Shown here: in pieces, positions 20,527 to 31,530 of the stretch
Layout: the number at the start of each line of letters is the position of its first letter
How positions within the stretch are numbered: the first letter of the stretch is position 1
Source: an uncultured Alphaproteobacteria bacterium
GTDB taxonomy: Bacteria; Pseudomonadota; Alphaproteobacteria; UBA6615
Direction: 5' to 3'
Assembly (NCBI GenBank): GCA_943787745.1
Contig: CALSNJ010000002.1
Coordinates: 454,904-518,903 of the forward strand
Length of the DNA stretch: 64,000 nt
Program-made: the position numbers and the translations under genes
The notes under the pieces: model-generated
The model's database searches: none
What the model was told of the DNA's origin: nothing
Seen by the model: the letters and a program-made list of their open reading frames with translations, nothing else

Positions 20527-21353
20527 TGCTGGGCACCCGCGCTAAAGTTGGTTTCGCCGGGCGCCAGCAGATCACGCACAGCACCGGCAATATCATCCTG
20601 ACGCATCAGGGATTCCCCGATCAGGAAACACCGCGCGCCGACACCGGTCATTCGGACCAGATCATCGGGCGTAAACAGCCCGCTTTCGCAGACGACAACG
20701 CGATCCGCGGGAACCCGCGGTGCGAGTTCTTCCGTGGTCGCCAAATCGACTTTCAGGGTCTTGAGGTTGCGGTTGTTGATGCCAACCAGATCGGAATCCA
20801 CATCCAGCGCCCGGTCGAGTTCTTCGCCGTTGTGCACTTCGACCAGTACGTCCATACCCCAGTCGTGGGCAGCGGCGGCCAACTCGGCGGCCTGGGCGTC
20901 TTCCAGCGCGGCCATGATCAGCAAGATGCAGTCGGCACCCAGCGCGCGGGCCTCAGTCACCTGATAGGTGTCGAGCATAAAGTCCTTGCGGATCGAGGGG
21001 AGGGAGACCGCGCTGCGCGCTGCCACCAGATCGGCGTCCTTGCCCTGAAAATAGGGCGTGTCGGTGAGGACGGACATGCAGGTCGCACCACCTGCCTCAT
21101 AAGCCTTTGCGATCACCGGCGGATCGAAGTCCGCGCGGATCAGGCCTTTGCTCGGGCTGGCTTTCTTGATCTCGGCGATCAGACCGAAGCGACCGGCGGC
21201 TGCGCGCCCGGAGAGTGCGCGGGCAAAGCCACGGGTGGCACCGGCGTCTTTGGCACGGGCTTCAAGTTCAGACAGGGACGTCGCAGCCTTGCAGGCTGCA
21301 ATATGGACGCGTTTGTCGTCACAGATTTTGTCGAGAACGTTGCTCATCCTCAT
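20523..21353 (-). CDS. trpC: indole-3-glycerol phosphate synthase
   Basis: 276 aa TIM-barrel IGPS; position trpD-trpC. Confidence 0.9.
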   Translation of the reverse strand: MRMSNVLDKICDDKRVHIAACKAATSLSELEARAKDAGATRGFARALSGRAAAGRFGLIAEIKKASPSKGLIRADFDPPVIAKAYEAGGATCMSVLTDTPYFQGKDADLVAARSAVSLPSIRKDFMLDTYQVTEARALGADCILLIMAALEDAQAAELAAAAHDWGMDVLVEVHNGEELDRALDVDSDLVGINNRNLKTLKVDLATTEELAPRVPADRVVVCESGLFTPDDLVRMTGVGARCFLIGESLMRQDDIAGAVRDLLAPGETNFSAGAQQ

Positions 21354-22381
21354 GCGCCCCGATTGGTGATTTCAACAAGCCGCGTCAGCGTCTGTTTTGC
21401 GGCTCCGGAATCAATGGCGTCCTGCGCGATCGCAACACCGGATTTCAAATCGTCAGTCTTGTCCGCGATCATCAGCGAACCGGCCGCGGTCAGCACCACG
21501 CAATCGCGGAACGCGCTGGGTGTCCCATCGAGCATGGCGTGTAGGGCCTTGGCGTTGAAGGCGGAATCCCCACCCTTGATATCATCGAGCGTCGAACGGG
21601 CCAGTCCGGCATCCTCGGGCGTGACCTCATAGGTCGAGACCTTGCCGTCCTTGAGTTCGGAAACCCGGGCCGGGCCGGTTGTTGTCAGTTCGTCCGAGCC
21701 ATCATGGGCATGTACGACCCAGGCGCGTTCAAGGCCGAGATTCCCGAGCACCTGCGCCAGAGGTTCGGTCCATTGCGGGGCGAAAACTCCAGTCATCTGA
21801 CGCTTTACCAGAGACGGGTTGGACAGCGGGCCGAGAATGTTGAAGATCGTTCGTGTGGCGAGTTCGACCCGCGGTCCGGCCACATTGCGCATGGCGCTGT
21901 GGTGGCGGGGCGCCATCATGAAGCCGATATTGTTTTCCCACAGGGATTCCCGGATTAGCGCAAAATCGGCATCCACGTTGATGCCCAGTGCGGTCAAAAC
22001 GTCGGCGGCCCCGGTTTTGGAACTCAGCGCGCGGTTGCCATGCTTGGCGATGGGAATGCCACAGGCAGCCGTGACGATGGCCGATGCGGTCGAGATATTC
22101 AGCGTACCTTTGCCGTCACCCCCGGTGCCGACAATGTCCATTGCGCCTGCGGGCGCTTCGATCCCGGTGACCTTGCTGCGCATGGTGCGCGCGGCGCCGG
22201 TGATTTCAGCCACGGTTTCTCCGCGCAAACGCAGCGCCATCAGGAAGGCGCCGATCTGGGCGGGTGTGGCGTTGCCTGACATGATGATCTCGAAAGCGGT
22301 CTCGGCTTCGGACTCGTTCAGGGTCTCGCCATCGGCGACACGTGCCAGCAGGGGTTTGAGATCGTTCATATCGGCGTTCAT
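21350..22381 (-). CDS. trpD: anthranilate phosphoribosyltransferase
   Basis: [19 protein letters not shown] glycine-rich PRPP motif, 343 aa. Confidence 0.92.
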   Translation of the reverse strand: MNADMNDLKPLLARVADGETLNESEAETAFEIIMSGNATPAQIGAFLMALRLRGETVAEITGAARTMRSKVTGIEAPAGAMDIVGTGGDGKGTLNISTASAIVTAACGIPIAKHGNRALSSKTGAADVLTALGINVDADFALIRESLWENNIGFMMAPRHHSAMRNVAGPRVELATRTIFNILGPLSNPSLVKRQMTGVFAPQWTEPLAQVLGNLGLERAWVVHAHDGSDELTTTGPARVSELKDGKVSTYEVTPEDAGLARSTLDDIKGGDSAFNAKALHAMLDGTPSAFRDCVVLTAAGSLMIADKTDDLKSGVAIAQDAIDSGAAKQTLTRLVEITNRGA

Positions 22382-23007
22382 AGCGCCATCATCTCCCCGG
22401 CGCGGGTGTCGTCGCCGTAACTGCTCACGGCCTGTCCGGTCGCGAGTTCTATAAAATTGGCGAGCAGTTCATGCCCGGCCTCGGTTGCGATGCTCTCGGG
22501 GTGGAACTGCACCCCATGGATTGGCAGCTCTTTATGGCTGATGCCCATGATCACATCGTCAGACGTGTTTGCGGTCACCTCGAAACAATCGGGCAGGGTG
22601 TCCCGGTCGATGGCCAGTGAATGATACCGGGTCGCTTCGAGCGGATTGGATAGTCCACGAAACGGCCCCTGGCTGGTGTGGCGGACCCTGTCGACCTTGC
22701 CGTGCATGGGTTCGGGTGCGCGGATGATTTTGGCGCCGAACGCCTGTCCGATGGTCTGGTGGCCGAGGCACACGCCAAACAGCGGCATACGGATCTCGGC
22801 GGCCTTTTTGACAAGGTCGAGGCAGATGCCGGCATGGTCGGGATCGGACGGGCCGGGTGAGATCACAATTGCTTCGGGTGCGAGGGCGATCGCCTCATCA
22901 ACCGTCAGCGTGTCGTTGCGGCGCACATCACACGTCACCCCCAGCTCACCCAGGAAATGGACGAGGTTGTAGGTAAAGCTGTCGTAGTTGTCGATTAACA
23001 GAAACAT
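22378..23007 (-). CDS. trpG: anthranilate synthase component II / aminodeoxychorismate synthase glutamine amidotransferase
   Basis: Class I GATase with GVCLGHQ Cys motif and C-terminal His/Glu; 209 aa. Confidence 0.9.
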   Translation of the reverse strand: MFLLIDNYDSFTYNLVHFLGELGVTCDVRRNDTLTVDEAIALAPEAIVISPGPSDPDHAGICLDLVKKAAEIRMPLFGVCLGHQTIGQAFGAKIIRAPEPMHGKVDRVRHTSQGPFRGLSNPLEATRYHSLAIDRDTLPDCFEVTANTSDDVIMGISHKELPIHGVQFHPESIATEAGHELLANFIELATGQAVSSYGDDTRAGEMMAL

Positions 23008-23266
23008 ACCAGTGGGTTATCCGATTTTCCGGAGGTGAATTCCATATCCCGCAGACCCGCACGATAAGGCGCGTGACTTATAACAGTGAAGTTCGGGGCG
23101 GCAAAGATGTGTGATCAGGACGGGCGAACCAATTTCGGGAAACAAATTGCGGCGGCAGGCGTCTGTGTTCGATGGTTGCACGACCACGTAGCGATGTTCG
23201 ACTCTGTCATGAATTCGCCCTGATCAGGTGATGATCTGATCACCTCGAAAGGATGTTCTGCCAGCA

Positions 23267-24340
23267 ATGGCCAGCAAACCCAAAAAGAAGGCTTCCAAGC
23301 CCCGCAAGCGCGCGGCACCGGCCAAACGCAAGCGGACCAAAGCCGCCCCTGTGGCGTCATCAGGCCATGCGCGGTTGGCGAAGGTTGCCATGGGGGTGCT
23401 GGTGCTGGTGGCGTTGTTGGTGGCGGGACTGATCGTGTTTTCGCCATCAAAGGATCAGACCACACCGACTGTCGCGAAGGTCGCCGTGCCGCCGGTTGTT
23501 CCGGCACCTCCTCCAGAACCACAAGTCGAAGCGCAGCAGGCGCCCGCAGGGGAATCCGCGCCGCCGGTGCCGCTGCCAACCTTGCCCGATGTCGCCTATG
23601 TTCCCGATTTGCCGAAACCGACCTGGCTTCAGAACGCGGTGCAGACATCGGTTGCGCCGGGTCAGCCGATGATCGCCGTGGTGATCGATGATATGGGGCT
23701 CGACCGGGCACGGTCCCAGCGGACTGTGGATCTACCCGGTCCGTTGACGCTGGCCTATCTTGCTTATGCCGATGATCTGCTCAAGCAGACCGGGGCTGCG
23801 CGTTTGGTCGGCCATGAACTTCTGGTCCATGTGCCGATGGAGCCGGGGAGCGCCAGCACCGATCCCGGACCCAATGCCGTGCTCACGACATTGACGCCCG
23901 AAGAACTGACGCGCCGGATCGAATGGAATCTGTCTCAGTTTTCCGGCTTTGTCGGCATCAACAACCATATGGGTAGCAAGGCGACCAGTGACCGCACGGT
24001 CATGGCGGAAGTAATGGCGGCGCTCAAGCAGCGGGGTATGCTGTTTCTCGACAGTCGCACGGCGGGCACGACAATTGCCGAGAGTGAAGCTGTGAAAGCG
24101 GGAATTCCGGCCCTGCGCCGTGATGTTTTCCTCGATCATGACCCATCACCGATCGCGGTGCGGGCGGCACTGCTGCAGGTGGAGAAGGTCGCGCAACGGC
24201 AGGGGTTTGCGATTGCCATTGGCCATCCTAAGGACGCGACAATCGGTGCTCTGTCAGAATGGCTCCCGGATGTCCGCGCGCGCGGGTTTGCAATTGTTCC
24301 TGTGAGCACCATCGCATTGCACGTCGAGAACAACATGTAG
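23267..24340 (+). CDS. divergent polysaccharide deacetylase family protein (YibQ-like) with Lys/Ala/Pro-rich N-terminal tail and one TM
   Basis: Family motifs LTLAYLAYADDL ... GHELLVHVPMEP ... INNHMGS; N-terminus KPKKKASKPRKRAAPAKRKRTKAAP. Confidence 0.75.
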   Translation: MASKPKKKASKPRKRAAPAKRKRTKAAPVASSGHARLAKVAMGVLVLVALLVAGLIVFSPSKDQTTPTVAKVAVPPVVPAPPPEPQVEAQQAPAGESAPPVPLPTLPDVAYVPDLPKPTWLQNAVQTSVAPGQPMIAVVIDDMGLDRARSQRTVDLPGPLTLAYLAYADDLLKQTGAARLVGHELLVHVPMEPGSASTDPGPNAVLTTLTPEELTRRIEWNLSQFSGFVGINNHMGSKATSDRTVMAEVMAALKQRGMLFLDSRTAGTTIAESEAVKAGIPALRRDVFLDHDPSPIAVRAALLQVEKVAQRQGFAIAIGHPKDATIGALSEWLPDVRARGFAIVPVSTIALHVENNM

Positions 24341-24387
24341 GGGCGGGTTTCAAACCCGCCCGAACCAAGCAAACGGAAGACGAGACC

Positions 24388-24738
24388 ATGAGCGAGATCG
24401 AAATTCCGGACAGCGTTGCCATTGTCGAACTGAAGGTCGAGCCGTCTTATCTGCAGCTGTCCCGTGAAATCCGCGCCGAGAAATGGCAGATGATGCTAGG
24501 CATCATCCGCGCGCACCCGAATGTCAGTGTGACATGGAATGATGCCGACGCGTTCAGCGGGGAATGCTCGGACTTCGTTATCTGTCGCTTCAAGGTGATG
24601 TTCGACTATCACTGCATGTGGGAAGAGCTGAAGGACAGCGAGCTGTTCACAACGCCCTATTTCCACATCACCCGGGTCCTTATCGGTATGGAAAACGCCT
24701 TCGAGGTTTATGACGAGACGCTCGGGATCGAGGTCTGA
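24388..24738 (+). CDS. hypothetical acidic cytoplasmic protein (116 aa)
   Basis: ORF MSEIEIPDSVAIVELKVEP...; ATG 48 nt after the yibQ-like stop; no recognisable family. Confidence 0.5.
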   Translation: MSEIEIPDSVAIVELKVEPSYLQLSREIRAEKWQMMLGIIRAHPNVSVTWNDADAFSGECSDFVICRFKVMFDYHCMWEELKDSELFTTPYFHITRVLIGMENAFEVYDETLGIEV

Positions 24739-24749
24739 GCGGCACGCGT

Positions 24750-24866
24750 ATCTCAGCATCCTTCGAGACGCGCGCAATGCGCGCTCCTCAGGATGAGGTC
24801 TGTGCGTTTCTGCTGCGAACCTCATCCTGAGGAGGGCCGGAGGCCCGTCTCGAAGGATGCTGAGAT
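24750..24866. repeat. 117-nt perfectly nested palindrome (21-bp outer stem, 16-bp inner stem, two mini-hairpins CGCGC-AAT-GCGCG and GGCC-GGA-GGCC) predicting a four-way junction
   Basis: Read directly from the sequence; between the convergent 116-aa ORF and trpE. Confidence 0.75.
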
Positions 24867-24888
24867 GGCCTCAGAGACCGCAGAACAT

Positions 24889-26394
24889 CTAGTTGACGAA
24901 ACGGTGTGCCTGTTCGGCGGCGCGGATCAGGGCGCGGGCCTTGTTCTGGCTTTCCTGATATTCGGCTTCGGGGTCCGAATCTGCGACCACGCCGCCGCCA
25001 GCCTGGATGTACATTTTCTCATCCTTGATCAGGGCCGTACGCAGGGTGATGCAAGTATCCATGCTGCCATCGGCCGCAAAATAGCCGACTGCACCGGCAT
25101 AGAAACTGCGACGTTCGGATTCCAGTTCATCGATGATTTCCATCGCCCGGATTTTCGGGGCACCCGATACGGTTCCCGCCGGGAATCCTGCAGACAGCGC
25201 CTTGATGGCATCGATACCGGGCTTGGCCTCACCCTGCACATTGGAAACGATGTGCATGACATGACTGTAGCGTTCGATCATGAACTCTTCGGTCACTTCG
25301 ACGGACCCGATCTCAGACACCCGGCCGACATCGTTGCGTCCGAGATCAAGCAGCATCAGGTGCTCGGCGAGTTCCTTGGGGTCAGACAGCAGGTCTTCGG
25401 CAAGTGCCTCGTCTTCGGCCTCGTTCGCGCCGCGCGGACGGGTGCCTGCGATGGGACGAATTGTGACCGTGTCATCGCGCAGGCGAACCAGAATTTCAGG
25501 GCTTGAGCCGACAAGCGCAAAATCTCCGACATTCAGGACGAACAGGAAGGGTGAGGGGTTGAGGCGACGCAACGAGCGGTAAAGCGCGGTGGGCGGCAGA
25601 TCAAAAGGAACCGTGAAGCGCTGGGACGGCACGACCTGGAAGATTTCGCCAGCGCGGATGTACTCCTTCGCCTGCTCGACCATGGCGTGGTACTGGCTCT
25701 GGCTCCGGTTTGAGGTGATTGAAAGCTCGACTTCCGAACCCGCCGGAACACTGGCGGTCCGCGGAACACCGCGATCAAAACGGGCAACAGTCTCATCAAG
25801 ACGTGCCTTTGCTGCGGCAGCCGCGTCTTCAGCGCTGACATCGGCCTGCGGCCAAACCGGGGTCACAAGAGTGACTTTGTCGGCAACATTGTCGAAAACG
25901 GCGGTGATCGTAGGTCGGATAAAGACAGAATCCGGAATGCCGATGGGATCGGGATTGTTGTCGGGCAATGTCTCGATCTGGCGCACGATGTCGTAGCCGA
26001 AATACCCAAAAAGACCGGCAGCCATCGGTGGCAGTTCGGACGGAATATCTATCCGGGATTCAGCGAGCAGAGCGGCCAGCGCATCGAGGCTTTCCCCGGG
26101 CACTGGTTCAAAGCTTTCGAGGTCGTGCTGTGCGTTGCGGTTGATTTCGGATTTCGCGCCGTGACAGCGCCAGATCAGGTCGGGGGCATAGGCGAGGATC
26201 GAGTAACGACCGCGAACAGCGCCGCCCTCGACGGATTCAAGAAGGATGCTGTGGCTCTCGTCACTGGCCAGCTTGAGCAAAGCCGAGACCGGTGTCTCAA
26301 GGTCTGCGACCAGTTCAGTCCAGATCAGCTGCGCTTCGCCGTTTTCATAGCGCGCCGCGAATCCGTCTTCGCTATTTTCTGGCTGCTGGGTCAC
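24889..26394 (-). CDS. trpE: anthranilate synthase component I
   Basis: 501 aa chorismate-binding enzyme; start overlaps the ppiD stop by 4 nt. Confidence 0.92.
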   Translation of the reverse strand: MTQQPENSEDGFAARYENGEAQLIWTELVADLETPVSALLKLASDESHSILLESVEGGAVRGRYSILAYAPDLIWRCHGAKSEINRNAQHDLESFEPVPGESLDALAALLAESRIDIPSELPPMAAGLFGYFGYDIVRQIETLPDNNPDPIGIPDSVFIRPTITAVFDNVADKVTLVTPVWPQADVSAEDAAAAAKARLDETVARFDRGVPRTASVPAGSEVELSITSNRSQSQYHAMVEQAKEYIRAGEIFQVVPSQRFTVPFDLPPTALYRSLRRLNPSPFLFVLNVGDFALVGSSPEILVRLRDDTVTIRPIAGTRPRGANEAEDEALAEDLLSDPKELAEHLMLLDLGRNDVGRVSEIGSVEVTEEFMIERYSHVMHIVSNVQGEAKPGIDAIKALSAGFPAGTVSGAPKIRAMEIIDELESERRSFYAGAVGYFAADGSMDTCITLRTALIKDEKMYIQAGGGVVADSDPEAEYQESQNKARALIRAAEQAHRFVN

Positions 26395-28283
26395 TGGGGC
26401 AAGAACGCCGCTTCGAGCGCTGCACTGTCGACATCCACAGAAATCTCATCCTGCAGAGCAAGCGACAACTGGGTCACAAGGTCGTTGGCCAGCTGACCTG
26501 AAAGAGACCGTGCAAGTTCTTCGCGTGCGGGGTCGCTCAGATTGGCGCTTTCGATATCAACAAGCTTTGCAACGGCCACGCCGTCCGCGAAGGTCTGTTC
26601 GACAATATCGCTGACCTCAGCGTCAAAGATTGCACCCACCAGCGGAAGGGCGACCGTTGCTCCTTCACCGGATCTGTCGAAGGCGGCGGTGCGATCAAAT
26701 TTCGCAGCGAACTCAGTGGCAAGTGTTTCGAGGCTCTCACCCGTCTTTGCACGTTCGGCAATTTTGCTGGCGGTCTCTTCGGCAGCGACAAGGAGTTGTT
26801 CGCCTTTCCAGGCCTCGATGGCCAGATCACGGACTTCACTCAGTTCGGGGATACGAGGCTCGTCGATACGGTCAAAACGCAGGACGCTGAATCCACCGGA
26901 GCGGTTTTCGATCACTTCTGAAATTCCCGGCTCTTCGAGACCGAACAGGCGAGCCAGGACTTCCGGGGTGATCGCAGGATTGTCGAGAGGCGTGCCGCTT
27001 GGTGTCAGACCGTTGCGGGCGACACTATCGATTTTAGATGTTTCAAGATTACTGTCACGCGCGATCTCTTCAAGGGTGGCACCGCCGGCGAGACCGTCTT
27101 CGACATCATTGAGAACGTCAAAGATCCGATCGACGGATTGCTCACGGGCGAGTTCATCCCGAATGGAGCTGCTGGCTTCTGACAGGGGTGTCGTGCGTCC
27201 CGGCACGATGTTGGACACTTCAACCAGATGCCATCCCAGAATGCTTTCGATCGGGTCGCTGAGACTGTTGGCCGCCATGGTAAAGGCGGCCTCGGCCAAT
27301 GCGGGGAGAGCAATCTCCGAGCGGCGAACCTGACCGAGATTGACGGGAGGCAGACCAGAGACCTCTTCAGCGGCCTCGGCGAGGGTTTTCCCCTCGCGGA
27401 TAAGTGTCAGTGCCTGATCCGCATCTTCGCGCGTCAGCAGGCTGGCTTGCACGACATTGCGTGTTTCAGGAATTTGGAAATCATTCAGGCGGGATTCATA
27501 TTCTTCGGCAATTTCCTCGTCCGGGATGACAATGCTGTCGACAAGGGCGTCTATTTCGAGGGTCGCCAGAGACGCGCCGCGATACTGCGGGGTCCTGAAG
27601 CCATCCTTGTTTTCGTTAAAGAACTCGGAGAGTTCAGTTTCGCCGGGGTTGGCAATCGCCCCGATGTTGCCCAAGGGCACAGATACAATATCGGCAACGC
27701 GACGTTCGGCGCGGCGGTTATAGATCGTATCGCCCAGTGTTGCGGGTGTCGCGACGGCGTTCTGGATCGTTCCGATATACTGGCTGCGAAGAAGATCAAG
27801 CCGGACCTGATTCACGAAATCAGCTTCGCTCTGTCCCTGGTTCCCGAGAAACGTTTCGAACAATGTGCGATTAAACCGACCCGTGCTGTCCTGAAATTGC
27901 GGGAGGCTGCGAATGGCATCTGATGCGGCTGCAAGAGAGGCGGTGACGCCAAGGTTTTGCGCTGCCTGATCAAACAGGGCCTGTGAAGCCATTCTTGCGA
28001 TTGTTTGATCGAGAATGCCGATATTGATCGCAGTTTGTGTATCGAGCCGCTGGCCTGTGCGGGCACTGATCTGGGCGACATCCTCGTTGAATTCCCGACC
28101 CACTTGATGAATCGTGAAGTTCTGATCTCCGACTTCGAGAACGGAGGAGCCGCCGCCACTGCCGCCATGGCCGCCGCCGCCTCCAATGTCACCACCGAAG
28201 AATACGACGAATGTCGCAGCCAGGAGGATAAGGATACCCTTCATAACCCAGCTTTTTGAGGCATTTCTAAGTGCGGACAACAT
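26391..28283 (-). CDS. ppiD: SurA N-terminal domain-containing peptidyl-prolyl isomerase (PpiD-like)
   Basis: 630 aa, N-terminal TM, Gly-rich tract, parvulin-like region; ATG at 28283 chosen over the upstream extension. Confidence 0.7.
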   Translation of the reverse strand: MLSALRNASKSWVMKGILILLAATFVVFFGGDIGGGGGHGGSGGGSSVLEVGDQNFTIHQVGREFNEDVAQISARTGQRLDTQTAINIGILDQTIARMASQALFDQAAQNLGVTASLAAASDAIRSLPQFQDSTGRFNRTLFETFLGNQGQSEADFVNQVRLDLLRSQYIGTIQNAVATPATLGDTIYNRRAERRVADIVSVPLGNIGAIANPGETELSEFFNENKDGFRTPQYRGASLATLEIDALVDSIVIPDEEIAEEYESRLNDFQIPETRNVVQASLLTREDADQALTLIREGKTLAEAAEEVSGLPPVNLGQVRRSEIALPALAEAAFTMAANSLSDPIESILGWHLVEVSNIVPGRTTPLSEASSSIRDELAREQSVDRIFDVLNDVEDGLAGGATLEEIARDSNLETSKIDSVARNGLTPSGTPLDNPAITPEVLARLFGLEEPGISEVIENRSGGFSVLRFDRIDEPRIPELSEVRDLAIEAWKGEQLLVAAEETASKIAERAKTGESLETLATEFAAKFDRTAAFDRSGEGATVALPLVGAIFDAEVSDIVEQTFADGVAVAKLVDIESANLSDPAREELARSLSGQLANDLVTQLSLALQDEISVDVDSAALEAAFLPQ

Positions 28284-28481
28284 GTCGAATTCACCGTCGT
28301 GGTTGGAGGCCAGAGTGCACCAAAGGCAGCGCATGATAGTAATCGGTTTCAGGTGCCTCAAGCACCCCGCGTCTTGTCTACCAATGGGGAGATTGGCGCA
28401 AGCCGAAGACGTGTGTTAGAGCACGATAATTGTGGTGTAACGACCCGCAATTCCAGAGAAAAGCAACATTTTGGTGATGAC

Positions 28482-29249
28482 ATGGCTCGGCTGAAGAAGT
28501 TGATCGCAGGTAATTGGAAAATGAACATGCTCCACGCCGATGGTGCTGCGCTCGCGCGCGACATCGTCGAGGGAGCTGATAGCACCGCGTGTGATCTCCT
28601 GCTTTGCCCGCCGTCAACGCTCGTGTCCTGGATTGCCGAAACAGCGAGCGGAAGCGTGGTTTCAGTTGGGGCGCAGGATTGCCACGAGGCCGAGAACGGC
28701 GCTTTTACGGGTGATATTTCTGCGTCCATGGTCCGCGATGCTGGTGGCAGTCATGTCATTCTTGGTCATTCCGAGCGCCGTCACGGTCTGGGCGAAACCG
28801 ATGCACGTGTCGCAGCCAAGACGACCGCGGCTCATGGTGTGGGACTTGTGGCCATCGTCTGTATTGGCGAAACCGAATCTGAGCGCGATGCGGGAGAGAC
28901 ACTGAACGTGCTGTCGCGCCAGTTGGACGGGTCTTTGCCCTCGGGCGATGATGACGGGGACATCAACGGAACCAACACCGTGATTGCCTATGAGCCCGTC
29001 TGGGCGATCGGCACCGGTCGCACGCCGACTCTCGAAGAAGTTGCAGAAGCGCATGCGCATATCCGCGCGCATCTTGAAAAGCAGGTGGGTGAGGCCGGAG
29101 CGGGCATTCGCATACTCTATGGGGGATCGATGAAACCGGAGAATGCCGGAGACTTGCTGGCAATAGAGAATGTTGATGGCGGCCTGATCGGCGGTGCGAG
29201 CCTTTCGGCGGATAGTTTTCTGGCTATAGCGGCCGCAGCAACAACCTGA
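28482..29249 (+). CDS. tpiA: triose-phosphate isomerase
   Basis: MARLKKLIAGNWKMN start, IAYEPVWAIGTG active-site loop; 255 aa. Confidence 0.93.
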   Translation: MARLKKLIAGNWKMNMLHADGAALARDIVEGADSTACDLLLCPPSTLVSWIAETASGSVVSVGAQDCHEAENGAFTGDISASMVRDAGGSHVILGHSERRHGLGETDARVAAKTTAAHGVGLVAIVCIGETESERDAGETLNVLSRQLDGSLPSGDDDGDINGTNTVIAYEPVWAIGTGRTPTLEEVAEAHAHIRAHLEKQVGEAGAGIRILYGGSMKPENAGDLLAIENVDGGLIGGASLSADSFLAIAAAATT

Positions 29250-29399
29250 GAAACAGCCTTTAAGCGGGTTCTCACGGAGCCGTGCAATTGCAGCACGTGG
29301 ATTTGGGCTGGAATTGCGAGCCACAACGGACTAAATACGCGCTGACTGGGTACGCATGAGAGTTTGTGCGTTACTCGATTTCCGAAAGACGGTTGAGAT

Positions 29400-29756
29400 A
29401 TGGAAACCATTATTCTGGTTGTTCACCTGCTGATTGGGCTTTCGCTCGTCGGCGTGGTGCTTCTGCAGCGCTCTGAAGGCGGCCTTGGTGGCCTCGGCGG
29501 TGGCGGTGGCGGCGGCGGTGGAGGAGGCATGGGCGGTTTGCTCGGCAATCGTCAGACCGCAAACCTGTTGACGCGTTCGACGGCTGTTTTGGCAGCACTG
29601 TTCATGCTGACCAGCGTGTCGCTTGCTGTTTTGGCCGGCGGGCACAGCAGTGGTGGTGGCTCGATTGTGAACGAGACGCCGGGTGCGCCGCAGAGTGACG
29701 GGATGACACCCGTTCCGACTTTGCCGACAACCCCAACCGTACCGACGACGGAGTAG
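29400..29756 (+). CDS. secG: preprotein translocase subunit SecG (poly-Gly loop, Pro/Thr-rich C-terminal tail)
   Basis: Two TM helices flanking a Gly-rich loop, typical SecG; downstream of tpiA as in many bacteria. Confidence 0.88.
   Translation: METIILVVHLLIGLSLVGVVLLQRSEGGLGGLGGGGGGGGGGGMGGLLGNRQTANLLTRSTAVLAALFMLTSVSLAVLAGGHSSGGGSIVNETPGAPQSDGMTPVPTLPTTPTVPTTE
29478..29537 (+). repeat. GGN trinucleotide tract (GGC/GGT) encoding GGLGGLGGGGGGGGGGGMGG within secG
   Basis: Read directly. Confidence 0.8.
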
Positions 29757-29784
29757 ATGAACTCGTTCTCCGAGTCGGACCTTG

Positions 29785-29810
29785 AAGGCGGCCTTTCGAG
29801 CCGCCTTTTT
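29785..29810 (+). terminator. putative intrinsic terminator after secG: AAGGCGGC-CTTTCGA-GCCGCCTT followed by TTT
   Basis: 8-bp GC-rich stem, 7-nt loop, T-tract; 29 nt after the secG stop. Confidence 0.55.
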
Positions 29811-29884
29811 CACGCCAAGTATCGGTATCTCAACGGCTTGCAGGCTGTGGACTATTCCGATTTGGCGGACACGATGGAAATTGA

Positions 29885-31528
<1,644 letters not shown>

Positions 31529-31530
31529 GA

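Noticed and set aside
20526-21632. 368-aa plus-strand ORF antisense to trpC/trpD
   Set aside because: Shadow ORF; trpC and trpD on the minus strand have strong family motifs.
23160-23215. tRNA-like GTTCGA motifs (TGTTCGATGG, GATGTTCGACTC) in the trpG/yibQ divergent region
   Set aside because: No flanking acceptor or T-stem complementarity and no cloverleaf can be drawn; treated as short direct repeats only.
26542-27333. 263-aa plus-strand ORF antisense to ppiD
   Set aside because: Ser/Arg/Ala-rich low-complexity shadow ORF.
28299-28481. Upstream extension of tpiA (ORF track start 28299)
   Set aside because: TpiA family proteins start at MARLKKLIAGNWKMN; the extension has no homology and covers the ppiD/tpiA divergent promoter.
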